NCBI GenBank assembly: GCA_012520995.1
Contig: JAAYNI010000010.1
Coordinates: 7,671-71,670 of the forward strand
From: Candidatus Rifleibacteriota bacterium
Lineage (GTDB): Bacteria; Muiribacteriota; Ozemobacteria; Ozemobacterales; Ozemobacteraceae
Direction of reading: 5' to 3'
Length of the DNA stretch: 64,000 nt
Made by a program: the position numbers and the translations under genes. Of the stretch, positions 41,244-49,564 are shown piece by piece; within the stretch, counting starts at the first letter, position 1; each line of letters begins with the position of its first letter. Below the pieces are notes generated by a model, which was not told where the DNA came from, did not search any database, and saw only the letters and a list, made by a program, of their open reading frames with translations.

Positions 41244-41498
41244 TTATAAATTCTCTGGTTTCTGTATTTTTTTCAAAAATTCCGACTGCAGAGATTTCAG
41301 CTTTTCTTCAGAAAGCGGCTTGCTAGCCTCAAGGTTTGAACGCTGAATTTCTTCATAGACTTCTTTTCTATGAATTTTCACGCTTTTTGGCGCTTCAATT
41401 CCTATTCTGACAGTGTCTTTGCCTATATCCACAATGACAATTTCTATGTCATCATCTATAACAATTTTCTCGTTTGTTTTTCTGGTTAGAACAAGCAT
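41244..41498 (-). CDS. csrA: carbon storage regulator CsrA with a roughly 25-aa C-terminal extension
   Basis: MLVLTRK..E.IVI.DDIEI.IV..G...[14 protein letters not shown]. Confidence 0.85.
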   Translation of the reverse strand: MLVLTRKTNEKIVIDDDIEIVIVDIGKDTVRIGIEAPKSVKIHRKEVYEEIQRSNLEASKPLSEEKLKSLQSEFLKKIQKPENL

Positions 41499-41998
41499 TA
41501 TTTAGCCGCCTCTTGTTTTTTCGCAGCCAAAGACTCGCTGTATTCCACAATTCTCTTATTTCTCTTCTCAATCTCGGCAAGAATAGAAGTTCGGACATCG
41601 TGCTCCGGATCATTGGAAATAATTTGGGCGGCTTTTTTGTTCTTTTTATTGATGACCAAAGGACCTTGCAAATTAGCCGTCATTTTTTCAGCATCTTCGG
41701 GAATAGAGACCGTTACATAAATCAAAGCATCAGCCGGATCCGCCAATTCCAAAGGATTACGATCTTCAGACGATATTTCGATATTGTATTCAAACATGAA
41801 CTGCAAAGGCTCAATCACAATAAAAGCTAAATTTTCGTTATCCAGCGAGTGAAGCCACCTGAAAGGTGTTTTATCGTCCAGTTTTAGCAGAGCATAACGT
41901 TTATAGTCTTCAAAGCCTAAGAGACCTTTTCCAAAGTTGATTATTTCGCTTTCATTAATATCTAATTCGCCAAATCTTGAGCTCTTAAATTTCATCAC
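41498..41998 (-). CDS. fliW: flagellar assembly factor FliW with a C-terminal extension
   Basis: The F..GLLGFE....Y.LL......PF.WL.S.D.....F.VI.P pattern. The stop overlaps the csrA start. Confidence 0.8.
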   Translation of the reverse strand: MMKFKSSRFGELDINESEIINFGKGLLGFEDYKRYALLKLDDKTPFRWLHSLDNENLAFIVIEPLQFMFEYNIEISSEDRNPLELADPADALIYVTVSIPEDAEKMTANLQGPLVINKKNKKAAQIISNDPEHDVRTSILAEIEKRNKRIVEYSESLAAKKQEAAK

Positions 41999-42018
41999 AA
42001 GTCCTTTTCAGTTAATTT

Positions 42019-45000
42019 TTATCCTAAAAAATTCATGAGCGACATCTGCATAAGCCTTGCTCCAACCTGCAAAGAAGCTTGATAAGATGCGGTCATCTCA
42101 TTCATTTTCATTATTTCTTCAATTATGTCAGCCTGACTTACTTTATTGAGCATCTTATTAACATTCAGATTGAGATTAGTCATTTTTTCTTCTGAATATT
42201 TTGCTCTGTTCGTCTTTACGCCCACTTCCGAATGCACATTCAAAAGTCTTCGTAAATCGCTTTCAAGACCAGGCAATGTGATATCCGAAACAGCTTTGAC
42301 ATCGCCCCTTAAAAGGCTGTCGCGTAAATCTATCAAAGTAGTAAACAAAGAGCGGCCAGGAGAAAAACCTAAAGCTCCTGCAGCTCCTTTAGAATCAGCC
42401 GGCTCCAATACTTTTATATAGTCTTTGCCAGCCCAGTTAGAAATATTGAGGCTTTTCTTGTCAGCAGAAATCCATGCCTGAGCCTGCATGTCAGGAACAT
42501 TATTGGAAATTGTATTGATAACGTCTCCGACAGTTTTGCATTCGGAAAGGTCTATTTCACCTGAGAATGTGCCGCTTTGAATGTAGATTTTGCCGCCCGG
42601 AAAACCTTCGCGCAAATCTTCTAAGCGGGTTCTTTCTGTAAGAGCGGGGTCCAAATCTTCACCCACAATCTTATGATCCACCGTTCTGCCTATAATGCCC
42701 AAATCATGACCGCAAGTGCTGTCAACGTCTACAACTTCCAAATGGCCAGTTGCGCCTCGGTTCAGGTCTTCTATTTCTATGCCGTTTTTATCGCTGTTAA
42801 TCTTGGCTCTGATATAAAGTCCATTTGAAGGATCGTTTATCTTATCCAGAACATCCTGAATACTCTCTGAACCGCGCAAATCTATAGCTTTGAAACGGCC
42901 GGCTTTGTCAGTGATCCTTATAAAACCCAGATTTACCCCGCTGGAATTGAAAGTTCTGTCGCTGTTGAGATCGCGCAAAAGAGTTTTTTCAGTGAGTATA
43001 GGATCCAAATCCTTGGCTCCTTCAAGAGTAGGCAGACTTGAAATCTTTACGGGAGTTGAAACTATCTTGACCTGATCATATACGGAAGCATTCTTGATAA
43101 AGCCCAAATCGCCAGCTGTATTTGAACTTTCTCTTGCTGCCAAAAAGCTCTTCGCATCGCCGTCTCGCGCTCTAATAAAAATTCTTTTTTCGCTGTCATC
43201 CCAAGAAGCTGTGTAAAAACCGCCGCTGTTGTTTATTCTGTCTATAACATCTTGAATAGTCGATGCGCCTTCGAGAGAAATTCGTTTTTCTTCACCATAT
43301 TCAGCATTTAAAACTACAGCGCCCTTAGCAGAAGGAGGGGGAATCAAATCTGCAAGCGGTGTATTCGCATTCAATGGAGAAGAAGCGGCAATAGGATCGC
43401 CTATCAAAGATGTGCCTTTGGTTTCTTTCAAGAGCCCTAAAGATTTGGCGGCTATTGTATCTTCTGAAACTTGAATTTGAGCTGTTCCGTCAAATTCTTC
43501 TATCGTGAAGTCGGAAGCGCCCAAGGTTGTATCAGTGATTCTTATTCTGTTTGAACCTGTATCATAAGAAGCCGTTTGAGCTCCGCCTGTTTGTGTATTT
43601 ACAGCCGCTATAATATCATCCGGAGTCTTGGCTTCAGAAATATCTACGTTTCTGGAAACGCCATCATGCCCAGTTATAGTTATAAATCCGCGTCTGAAAC
43701 CCTTGCCATCATTTATATTTTCCAAAGGGCTTTCGACAGAGTCCATAGCTATATCAGTCTTGGAGTAGAGCACACTTCCTGGACCAGCGTTATCAACAAG
43801 ACCCAAGTCAGCAGCAGTGCTTGGCGGCAATGCCTTTATATAAAACTGCGTTTTTTCCGAAGTTACCGAAAACTCGCCTTTGCCTTCTGTGAGGTTTTTT
43901 AATTCTATTCTTTTGTGAACCATGTCATAAGAAGCTCTTACAACCGAGCCGCCTGCATGGGCATTGATTTTGTCTATCACATCTTTGACAGTCACAGAAC
44001 CGGTTAAATCTATTCTGTGAATTTTTCCGTCTCTTGAAGCTATATTGAGATAACCGTCAGGAACCCCTAAACCTGCGTTCAAATCTGTAAGAGGCGTAAA
44101 CTCTGAACGCATTGCAGGGTCAGAAAGACCATAAATTTTGGAAGCATTGCCGGCATTTCTGTAAAGACCCAAAGCTGCAGCCGTATCTGATGGAACCTGT
44201 TCCAAACCTGCTTCAAAAGCCCCGGTTTCATTGATTTTATCCAACATCATCTGAATGTTGAAAACCTGAGTCAAATCAACCCTGTACTCTACGCCTGCCC
44301 GGTCTGATATTTTTATATATCCGCCCTGAACACCTCGTCCGCCATTCAAAACAGTAAGGGGCATAGCTTTTTCAAGAGGGGGCATTTGAGAAGAAAATGC
44401 GGGAGCTTCATTCGGAAGTCCGCCAAAAAACATTTCCAGAGCCGTAAAGCTTTTGCTTAGAGTAGCCCCTCTGTCAACTTCGCTCTTAAGACGAATCTCA
44501 TTGCCGTTATATCTGACACCGACTACGCTGTCTTCGTTGATCTTAGAGCGTTCCACACCATGCCCGTGAGTAACAATGGAAGTATTGAATTCGCCGTCTT
44601 TGCCCAAAACCAGTTCTATAGGCTTAATATTCGTATTGCTTCCGCTGAATATGTATTCTTCGCCTATTCTGGTGTTGGCTATGTTTGCAATTTCTTTCAT
44701 GAGCTCTTCGACTTCCTTAGCCATAGCATCTCTTTCGAGCTCTTCAAAAGTATCATTGGCTCCGCGAACAGCCAGCTCTTTAATGCGATGTATGATAGAC
44801 TCGGCGTTGGTCATAGCCCCGTCGCTTTTGGCATACCAGTCGAGAGAATGTTCTATATTCCTCAAGTATTGGTCATTTTCAAAAGCGTCGGTTCTCAGCT
44901 TCATAGCTATAGCGTTATCCGCAGGGTTTTCCGAAGGGGAAAGATATTTGCGGTTGGAAGCTATCTTTTCCTGGCTTGCCGCCAAGTTTGAAAAGTTGTT

Positions 45001-45051
45001 GTTGATTCGCCTTATGAAAGCATTATTGAACCAATGGCTCGTTACACGCAT
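42019..45051 (-). CDS. flgL: flagellar hook-associated protein 3 (FlgL) with six internal IN-motif repeat modules
   Basis: Flagellin-like N-terminus (ENPADNAIAMKLR...) and C-terminus (...SYQASLQVGARLMQMSLMNFLG). The central region has six repeats of about 95 aa, each ending ...DVIDKIN..GG. Confidence 0.8.
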   Translation of the reverse strand: MRVTSHWFNNAFIRRINNNFSNLAASQEKIASNRKYLSPSENPADNAIAMKLRTDAFENDQYLRNIEHSLDWYAKSDGAMTNAESIIHRIKELAVRGANDTFEELERDAMAKEVEELMKEIANIANTRIGEEYIFSGSNTNIKPIELVLGKDGEFNTSIVTHGHGVERSKINEDSVVGVRYNGNEIRLKSEVDRGATLSKSFTALEMFFGGLPNEAPAFSSQMPPLEKAMPLTVLNGGRGVQGGYIKISDRAGVEYRVDLTQVFNIQMMLDKINETGAFEAGLEQVPSDTAAALGLYRNAGNASKIYGLSDPAMRSEFTPLTDLNAGLGVPDGYLNIASRDGKIHRIDLTGSVTVKDVIDKINAHAGGSVVRASYDMVHKRIELKNLTEGKGEFSVTSEKTQFYIKALPPSTAADLGLVDNAGPGSVLYSKTDIAMDSVESPLENINDGKGFRRGFITITGHDGVSRNVDISEAKTPDDIIAAVNTQTGGAQTASYDTGSNRIRITDTTLGASDFTIEEFDGTAQIQVSEDTIAAKSLGLLKETKGTSLIGDPIAASSPLNANTPLADLIPPPSAKGAVVLNAEYGEEKRISLEGASTIQDVIDRINNSGGFYTASWDDSEKRIFIRARDGDAKSFLAARESSNTAGDLGFIKNASVYDQVKIVSTPVKISSLPTLEGAKDLDPILTEKTLLRDLNSDRTFNSSGVNLGFIRITDKAGRFKAIDLRGSESIQDVLDKINDPSNGLYIRAKINSDKNGIEIEDLNRGATGHLEVVDVDSTCGHDLGIIGRTVDHKIVGEDLDPALTERTRLEDLREGFPGGKIYIQSGTFSGEIDLSECKTVGDVINTISNNVPDMQAQAWISADKKSLNISNWAGKDYIKVLEPADSKGAAGALGFSPGRSLFTTLIDLRDSLLRGDVKAVSDITLPGLESDLRRLLNVHSEVGVKTNRAKYSEEKMTNLNLNVNKMLNKVSQADIIEEIMKMNEMTASYQASLQVGARLMQMSLMNFLG

Positions 45052-45072
45052 TTCATTCTCCTATAAAAAATC

Positions 45073-47076
45073 TTAGATCATTCCGTTAATCAGCTTGTCA
45101 AGCATCTCGTCTATTACGCTTATCGCCTTTGCCGAAGCGTTGTAAGCATGCTGATACTTTATAAGATTCGACAATTCTTCATCTAATGAGACTCCAGCTT
45201 GTGACTGGCGCTGTTTCTCCATATGGCTTATGACGTTCATGCCGTATTCAACCTCATTTTCAGCTCTCTTGCTGGCAGTAGCCAGCTGAGTTATAGCTTC
45301 GTTGTAAAATGAGTTCAATGTGGTTTTACCGTCATTAAAAAGAGCTTTGTGTTTAAGCTGAGCTATTTCTATAGCATTGTAGCCGTTGCCGTCACCATTG
45401 TAAGTTCTGAGTCTGTCGCCTTCATTCTCATAAGTGCCGCCTGAAGCAGCTATCACATTGAGATCCGCAAGAATTTGCGAATCTACAGCCATATTTTCAA
45501 TAGCATTTTTATAACCGGTTTCAGCAAAGTTGCCATTCATAGGCTGGAAGAAGTTTCTGCCTGTTTCTCCGTCAAGACCGTAACCCAATCTGTGTAAAGC
45601 GTTGGTCTCCGAAACTACCGCATAAGCCATCTCATTAAGCTTATTTATCAGGGTTTGAACTTCGCCGTCTCTGACACTCAAAAGAGCCCCCAGCTTTCCG
45701 CCTGTTACTGCCGGAGTAAGACCCAGGGTGGCAACGCCAGGCTTTTTGATTTCCAGATTCACTCCGGGAATAAGATCTTGAATACTGTTAGTCGGCAAAA
45801 CATATTCTTTGTTGCCCAAATTGAAAATAGCATCTCTGGGCTGTTTGCTGTCATGAAGATTTAAAACTGTGAAGAGATTGCTTGTGCCATCTTCGGTTTT
45901 AATGCTGTTTTTTGTTCCGCTGGCCGAAGCATTCAAAATCAACTGTCCCGATTCGTTGATATAAGCTTCCAAGCCTATATTGGCATCATTCAACATAGAA
46001 GCCAATTCCTTCATTCCTGTGTTTTCAGCATCCAGTTCGAAAGTTTTGCCGTTAACCGTGAAAGTGCCGCTTGTTATGCCGAAATCTGAAAGCGGTCCCG
46101 TCAGAGGGTGATATGTCAAAAACGAATACATGGAATGCTTTTCTGCTGTCTGAGTGACTGTCAAAGTCATGTTGTTGAGGTTTTTCAAACCTGTCGGAAC
46201 AGCAGAAGCCACATCAGGATCATTGGAAGCATCCGGCAAGCCTTTGGCAGAAGGCGAAACGAAACTTTTACCGCTGTCAGGATCGTAATGAGCATAAAAA
46301 TCATTGTGATACTCATGCTGAATCAAAGTGTGATCGCCTACGTTTACGGTCAGTTCGCCCTTTTTGTTGTAAAAAGATTTTATATTTACCAGCTCAGCAA
46401 GGTCTTCTAAAGCCATCTGTCTTTGATCTCGCAGTTCGTTAGCTGTAGAGCCGTTGATTTCGGAGCGGGCTATTTCTCTGTTAAGAACGGCAATCTCAGA
46501 AGCCAGCTTGTTAACTTGATTTACGTTTTCTCTGATTTGAGTTTCTATGCCGCCGTGATTGCTTTCGCATTTTACTCCTTGCAGATACTTAAGTTGAGAA
46601 TCTATTTCTTTGAAAACATCTATCAAGCTCTCTGTCTCAGCGATAAGACCTCGTCTTAATGCAGTATTGGAAGGGTCGTTTGCCAAATCTTGCCATGCCG
46701 CCCAATATTTGTCCAGCTGATTGGCTATATTAGAAAGACCAGGCTCATTTACTATGGCTTCCACCTGTTTAAGCAGAGTGTTTGTCAGATCATGGCCTGC
46801 AAGATCAGAAGTTTCATCAACAATCTTCGCATCCATATAAACATCGCGCAGCTGCTGAACAGTCGTAACCAAAACGCCGTTGCCTACAGTATGACCCATA
46901 GTAGCGTCATGTGAGCCGCTAAGCAGGTAAGATTTTGCGGAAGCCAGCACGGCTCTTTGCCTTGTGTAGCCTTCTGTGCCGGCGTTGACTATGTTTTGAG
47001 CCGTAACCTCCATAGCCGTTCTGTGAGCATACAAACCGCTCTTGGCTATGCTCAAGCCGGAAAAAGTGTTTCTCAT
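45073..47076 (-). CDS. flgK: flagellar hook-associated protein 1 (FlgK)
   Basis: N-terminus MRNTFSGLSIAKSGLYAHRTAMEVTAQNIVNAGTEGYTRQR and C-terminus ...IKYQHAYNASAKAISVIDEMLDKLINGM. Strong RBS AAGGAGG. Confidence 0.85.
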   Translation of the reverse strand: MRNTFSGLSIAKSGLYAHRTAMEVTAQNIVNAGTEGYTRQRAVLASAKSYLLSGSHDATMGHTVGNGVLVTTVQQLRDVYMDAKIVDETSDLAGHDLTNTLLKQVEAIVNEPGLSNIANQLDKYWAAWQDLANDPSNTALRRGLIAETESLIDVFKEIDSQLKYLQGVKCESNHGGIETQIRENVNQVNKLASEIAVLNREIARSEINGSTANELRDQRQMALEDLAELVNIKSFYNKKGELTVNVGDHTLIQHEYHNDFYAHYDPDSGKSFVSPSAKGLPDASNDPDVASAVPTGLKNLNNMTLTVTQTAEKHSMYSFLTYHPLTGPLSDFGITSGTFTVNGKTFELDAENTGMKELASMLNDANIGLEAYINESGQLILNASASGTKNSIKTEDGTSNLFTVLNLHDSKQPRDAIFNLGNKEYVLPTNSIQDLIPGVNLEIKKPGVATLGLTPAVTGGKLGALLSVRDGEVQTLINKLNEMAYAVVSETNALHRLGYGLDGETGRNFFQPMNGNFAETGYKNAIENMAVDSQILADLNVIAASGGTYENEGDRLRTYNGDGNGYNAIEIAQLKHKALFNDGKTTLNSFYNEAITQLATASKRAENEVEYGMNVISHMEKQRQSQAGVSLDEELSNLIKYQHAYNASAKAISVIDEMLDKLINGMI

Positions 47077-47149
47077 TGCCGACCTCCTTGGCCGCCTTTT
47101 TATATCTTTTTCTTTTCGGCGGCGACAAAAAACATCTGTCCCTCTATCC

Positions 47150-47178
47150 GTATCGGCAAGATTCGCAAAATAGTTTAG
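47150..47178 (-). promoter_or_regulatory. sigma-28 (FliA)-type promoter upstream of flgK
   Basis: The minus strand reads CTAAACTAT-N12-GCCGATAC against the consensus TAAAGTTT-N11-GCCGATAA. It is about 70 nt upstream of the flgK start codon. Confidence 0.5.
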
Positions 47179-47202
47179 TCTTTTTTTTAAATATTTTTTC
47201 TA

Positions 47203-47231
47203 TTGACTAGAAGGGGCTTTACATGATAACT
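47203..47231 (+). promoter_or_regulatory. sigma-70-like promoter candidate for tRNA-Gly
   Basis: TTGACT, a 17-nt spacer, then ATAACT, about 12 nt before the tRNA 5' end. Confidence 0.3.
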
Positions 47232-47243
47232 TTACACTTGCCA

Positions 47244-47316
47244 GCAAGATTAACTCAATTGGTAGAGTGTCACCCTTCCAAGGTGAAAGTTGCGGGTTCG
47301 AGTCCCGTATCTTGCT
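47244..47316 (+). tRNA. tRNA-Gly (anticodon TCC)
   Basis: Folded by hand. The acceptor stem is gcaagat/atcttgc; the D-stem is actc/gagt with the loop aattggta. The anticodon stem is tcacc/ggtga with loop cTTCCaa, and the T-arm is gcggg-ttcgagt-cccgt. The discriminator is U and no CCA is encoded. Confidence 0.85.
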
Positions 47317-47519
47317 CTTTTTTATTTTAGAAAAGCCAGAAAAAATTCCAAACCCCTCTTTGAAACCACAGAACACACGGAAAAATTCCAAAACCTTTCT
47401 ACCCACCATCCACTACCCACAACCCACTGCTTTTCAGCCGTACACTTCCTAATTTCATGTCAAACTGCTATAATTAAAGAAAGATCTCACCTTTTATAAG
47501 GATTACAAGGAGCAAACCC

Positions 47520-49259
47520 ATGAGAATGACACTTAAAAGACGAGGAGTGGCTCTATCTTTTATTCTTGGAGTGGTCAGCTTTATAAGCATTCTGCTTTTC
47601 GGAATGATATATCGGATGCGCGGAGAAACAGTCTTGTCGGGCAACTATGTAGATGCCACGGCAGCTTTGATATTGGCTGAAGCAGGAGCAGAAGAAGCGC
47701 TTTTCAACATGCGGACTCAGCTGAACAATCCCGATTATCCTCTATACAAGCTGGTAGCCAATGAAGACAGCGGATCTTTGATGGTAGACACAGAGAGACT
47801 GGCGAAAGGCGATACAAATGTAGCTCCGCTTCTGCAAAAGAGTGATATAAAAGTTCAAGTAGATTGGCAGCTGGACAAAGCCGCCACTCAAAATCTTATA
47901 TCTCAGGGAGTTCCCCCCGGAGTCGCCAGACAAGGCTATATAACTATAAACTCCATGGGAAAACACAACAACACCAAGAAGCAGATTGAAATGAAAAAGC
48001 TTTTGAAAGCGGTTCTCATGAAAACTTCTGAAGACAAAGAAACATTAGGTGTAGTGGCTCCCGCTCACAGCTTTTTTGCCGACATGGTCAAAAAGGACTC
48101 CTTTGAGATAGCGAAATTCGATATTCTTGACCCTTGGGGCTTTACGGTAAAAGGCGGCAAGGCTTACTTTAAAAACGGAGCTGTTGTAGACCTTCCAAAA
48201 TGGCTGATGCTCACTAAACTTTCCAATCAGCTTGAGCACCCTTGGATAGACATGGGAATAGGCTGGACAGGCTGGAACGGCGGCGCCGATTTCAGCGAAA
48301 CTCAGCTGGAATACACAGATTCGCCTGTAAAACGACACTACAACAAATGGCAGGGTCCATTCTCTTTCCCTTGGTGGCAGGGCAACAGCAGCGAAAAATA
48401 CCATGCCGAAACAACTCAAGTCGGCGAATATTCCGACAAAGACCTGAATATCTATCCGGCTTCTGTTTATAAGTCTTTGGCTACTAGAGTCATAGACCCT
48501 AAAGAGAATCCAAAACATGGCAAATATTTTACAAACGTAAAGTTTCAAGAAGCGTTTGGCAGAAACGAAGTAAATTACACCAACGTTTTGCCAATGTATG
48601 GCTGGGGCGACTGGAGAAACGTTCCAAACAAATTCTCCAGCATCTTCAGCAACCCTACAAAAGCCCACGACTTCAGCAGAGCTGTAGAAGTTAATGGCAT
48701 AACCTATGTTAAAGGCGATGTTTTTATAGAGGGATGGGTAAAAGGGCAAGGTCTCTTAGTGGTAGAAGGAAACGTATATGTTGGCGGCGACATACTCACC
48801 ACCCTAGATGAAAACGGTAATGAGTCGGCACTTGGCATAATAGCATTGCGCGACAAAACTCACGACACTTCATCTGACAACCCCAGAACCGGCCGAATAA
48901 TCTATGAACCCCATCACGACAGCGACTGGTCCAGATACGGAATTACTCACCCCTTCAGAAACTTAAGCCCGAGGCTTGAAGGAGCCTTCTACGCTGAAGG
49001 CGGCATGGAGCTGAAAACTGATTCATCCATGAAAAAACTCATAAACATGGACATAATAGGTAATCTGGCCGTCGGATATTTCAACAGAAAAAAAATGCCA
49101 AACGATGTAAGAGTTACTTACTTTGACTGGCAAAAAGTTCTAGAGAATTCAGGCAATGAGAACATGACAGTCAGCACTACTGTTTCATACTCAGATATAT
49201 ACAATGTGGCGATCCAAAAGCCTTTAATATCTTGGAGAGAAGTCACGGCTACACTCTAA
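47520..49259 (+). CDS. large PilX-N-like (type IV pilus minor pilin/tip-associated) protein, paralogous in architecture to 13539..15641
   Basis: The N-terminus KRRGVALSFILGVVSFISILLFGMIY...ATAALILAEAGAEEALFNM follows the PilX_N pattern. The C-terminal region is beta-rich (VKGDVFIEGWVKGQGLLVVEGNVYVGGDI). Confidence 0.5.
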   Translation: MRMTLKRRGVALSFILGVVSFISILLFGMIYRMRGETVLSGNYVDATAALILAEAGAEEALFNMRTQLNNPDYPLYKLVANEDSGSLMVDTERLAKGDTNVAPLLQKSDIKVQVDWQLDKAATQNLISQGVPPGVARQGYITINSMGKHNNTKKQIEMKKLLKAVLMKTSEDKETLGVVAPAHSFFADMVKKDSFEIAKFDILDPWGFTVKGGKAYFKNGAVVDLPKWLMLTKLSNQLEHPWIDMGIGWTGWNGGADFSETQLEYTDSPVKRHYNKWQGPFSFPWWQGNSSEKYHAETTQVGEYSDKDLNIYPASVYKSLATRVIDPKENPKHGKYFTNVKFQEAFGRNEVNYTNVLPMYGWGDWRNVPNKFSSIFSNPTKAHDFSRAVEVNGITYVKGDVFIEGWVKGQGLLVVEGNVYVGGDILTTLDENGNESALGIIALRDKTHDTSSDNPRTGRIIYEPHHDSDWSRYGITHPFRNLSPRLEGAFYAEGGMELKTDSSMKKLINMDIIGNLAVGYFNRKKMPNDVRVTYFDWQKVLENSGNENMTVSTTVSYSDIYNVAIQKPLISWREVTATL

Positions 49260-49264
49260 GAACA

Positions 49265-49289
49265 GGGAGTAGGGGTTAGGGCGTAGGGG
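49265..49289 (+). repeat. G-quadruplex-capable motif GGGAGTAGGGGTTAGGGCGTAGGGG (recurring intergenic motif)
   Basis: Four G3-4 tracts with 3-4-nt loops begin 6 nt after the stop codon. A close copy lies on the opposite strand at 57624-57653, and partial copies at 4759-4775 and 38472-38495. Confidence 0.5.
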
Positions 49290-49330
49290 ATAGCGAAGAC
49301 CCAATACCCAGGACAAAAAGCACAAAAAAA

Positions 49331-49362
49331 ATCGCAGGTTAACTGCGATTTTTTTTTCTTTT
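49331..49362 (+). terminator. rho-independent terminator
   Basis: Perfect hairpin atcgcag gttaa ctgcgat followed by T9. It is preceded by an A-run. Confidence 0.75.
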
Positions 49363-49564
49363 TATTCTATTAACGCCTTTAAAGAATCAGAAAAGAAAAA
49401 GGCCGAAGTTTTTTCCAAGATCTGCCGATATATTCATGAAAAACTATGCAATAAGGTAAAGTTCCATTAAAAAGCATCTGAAAAAATACCTGTTATTCAT
49501 AATATTAGGACAGGTTTTCATAATTGGAGCCTATTTCCAGTCAAATGGCTTCATTTACCGCGAT

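Noticed and set aside
47200-47452. ORFs 47200-47409 (-) and 47267-47452 (+) at the tRNA locus
   Set aside because: They overlap the hand-folded tRNA-Gly and its flanking intergenic DNA. They have no RBS and are low-complexity, so they are spurious.
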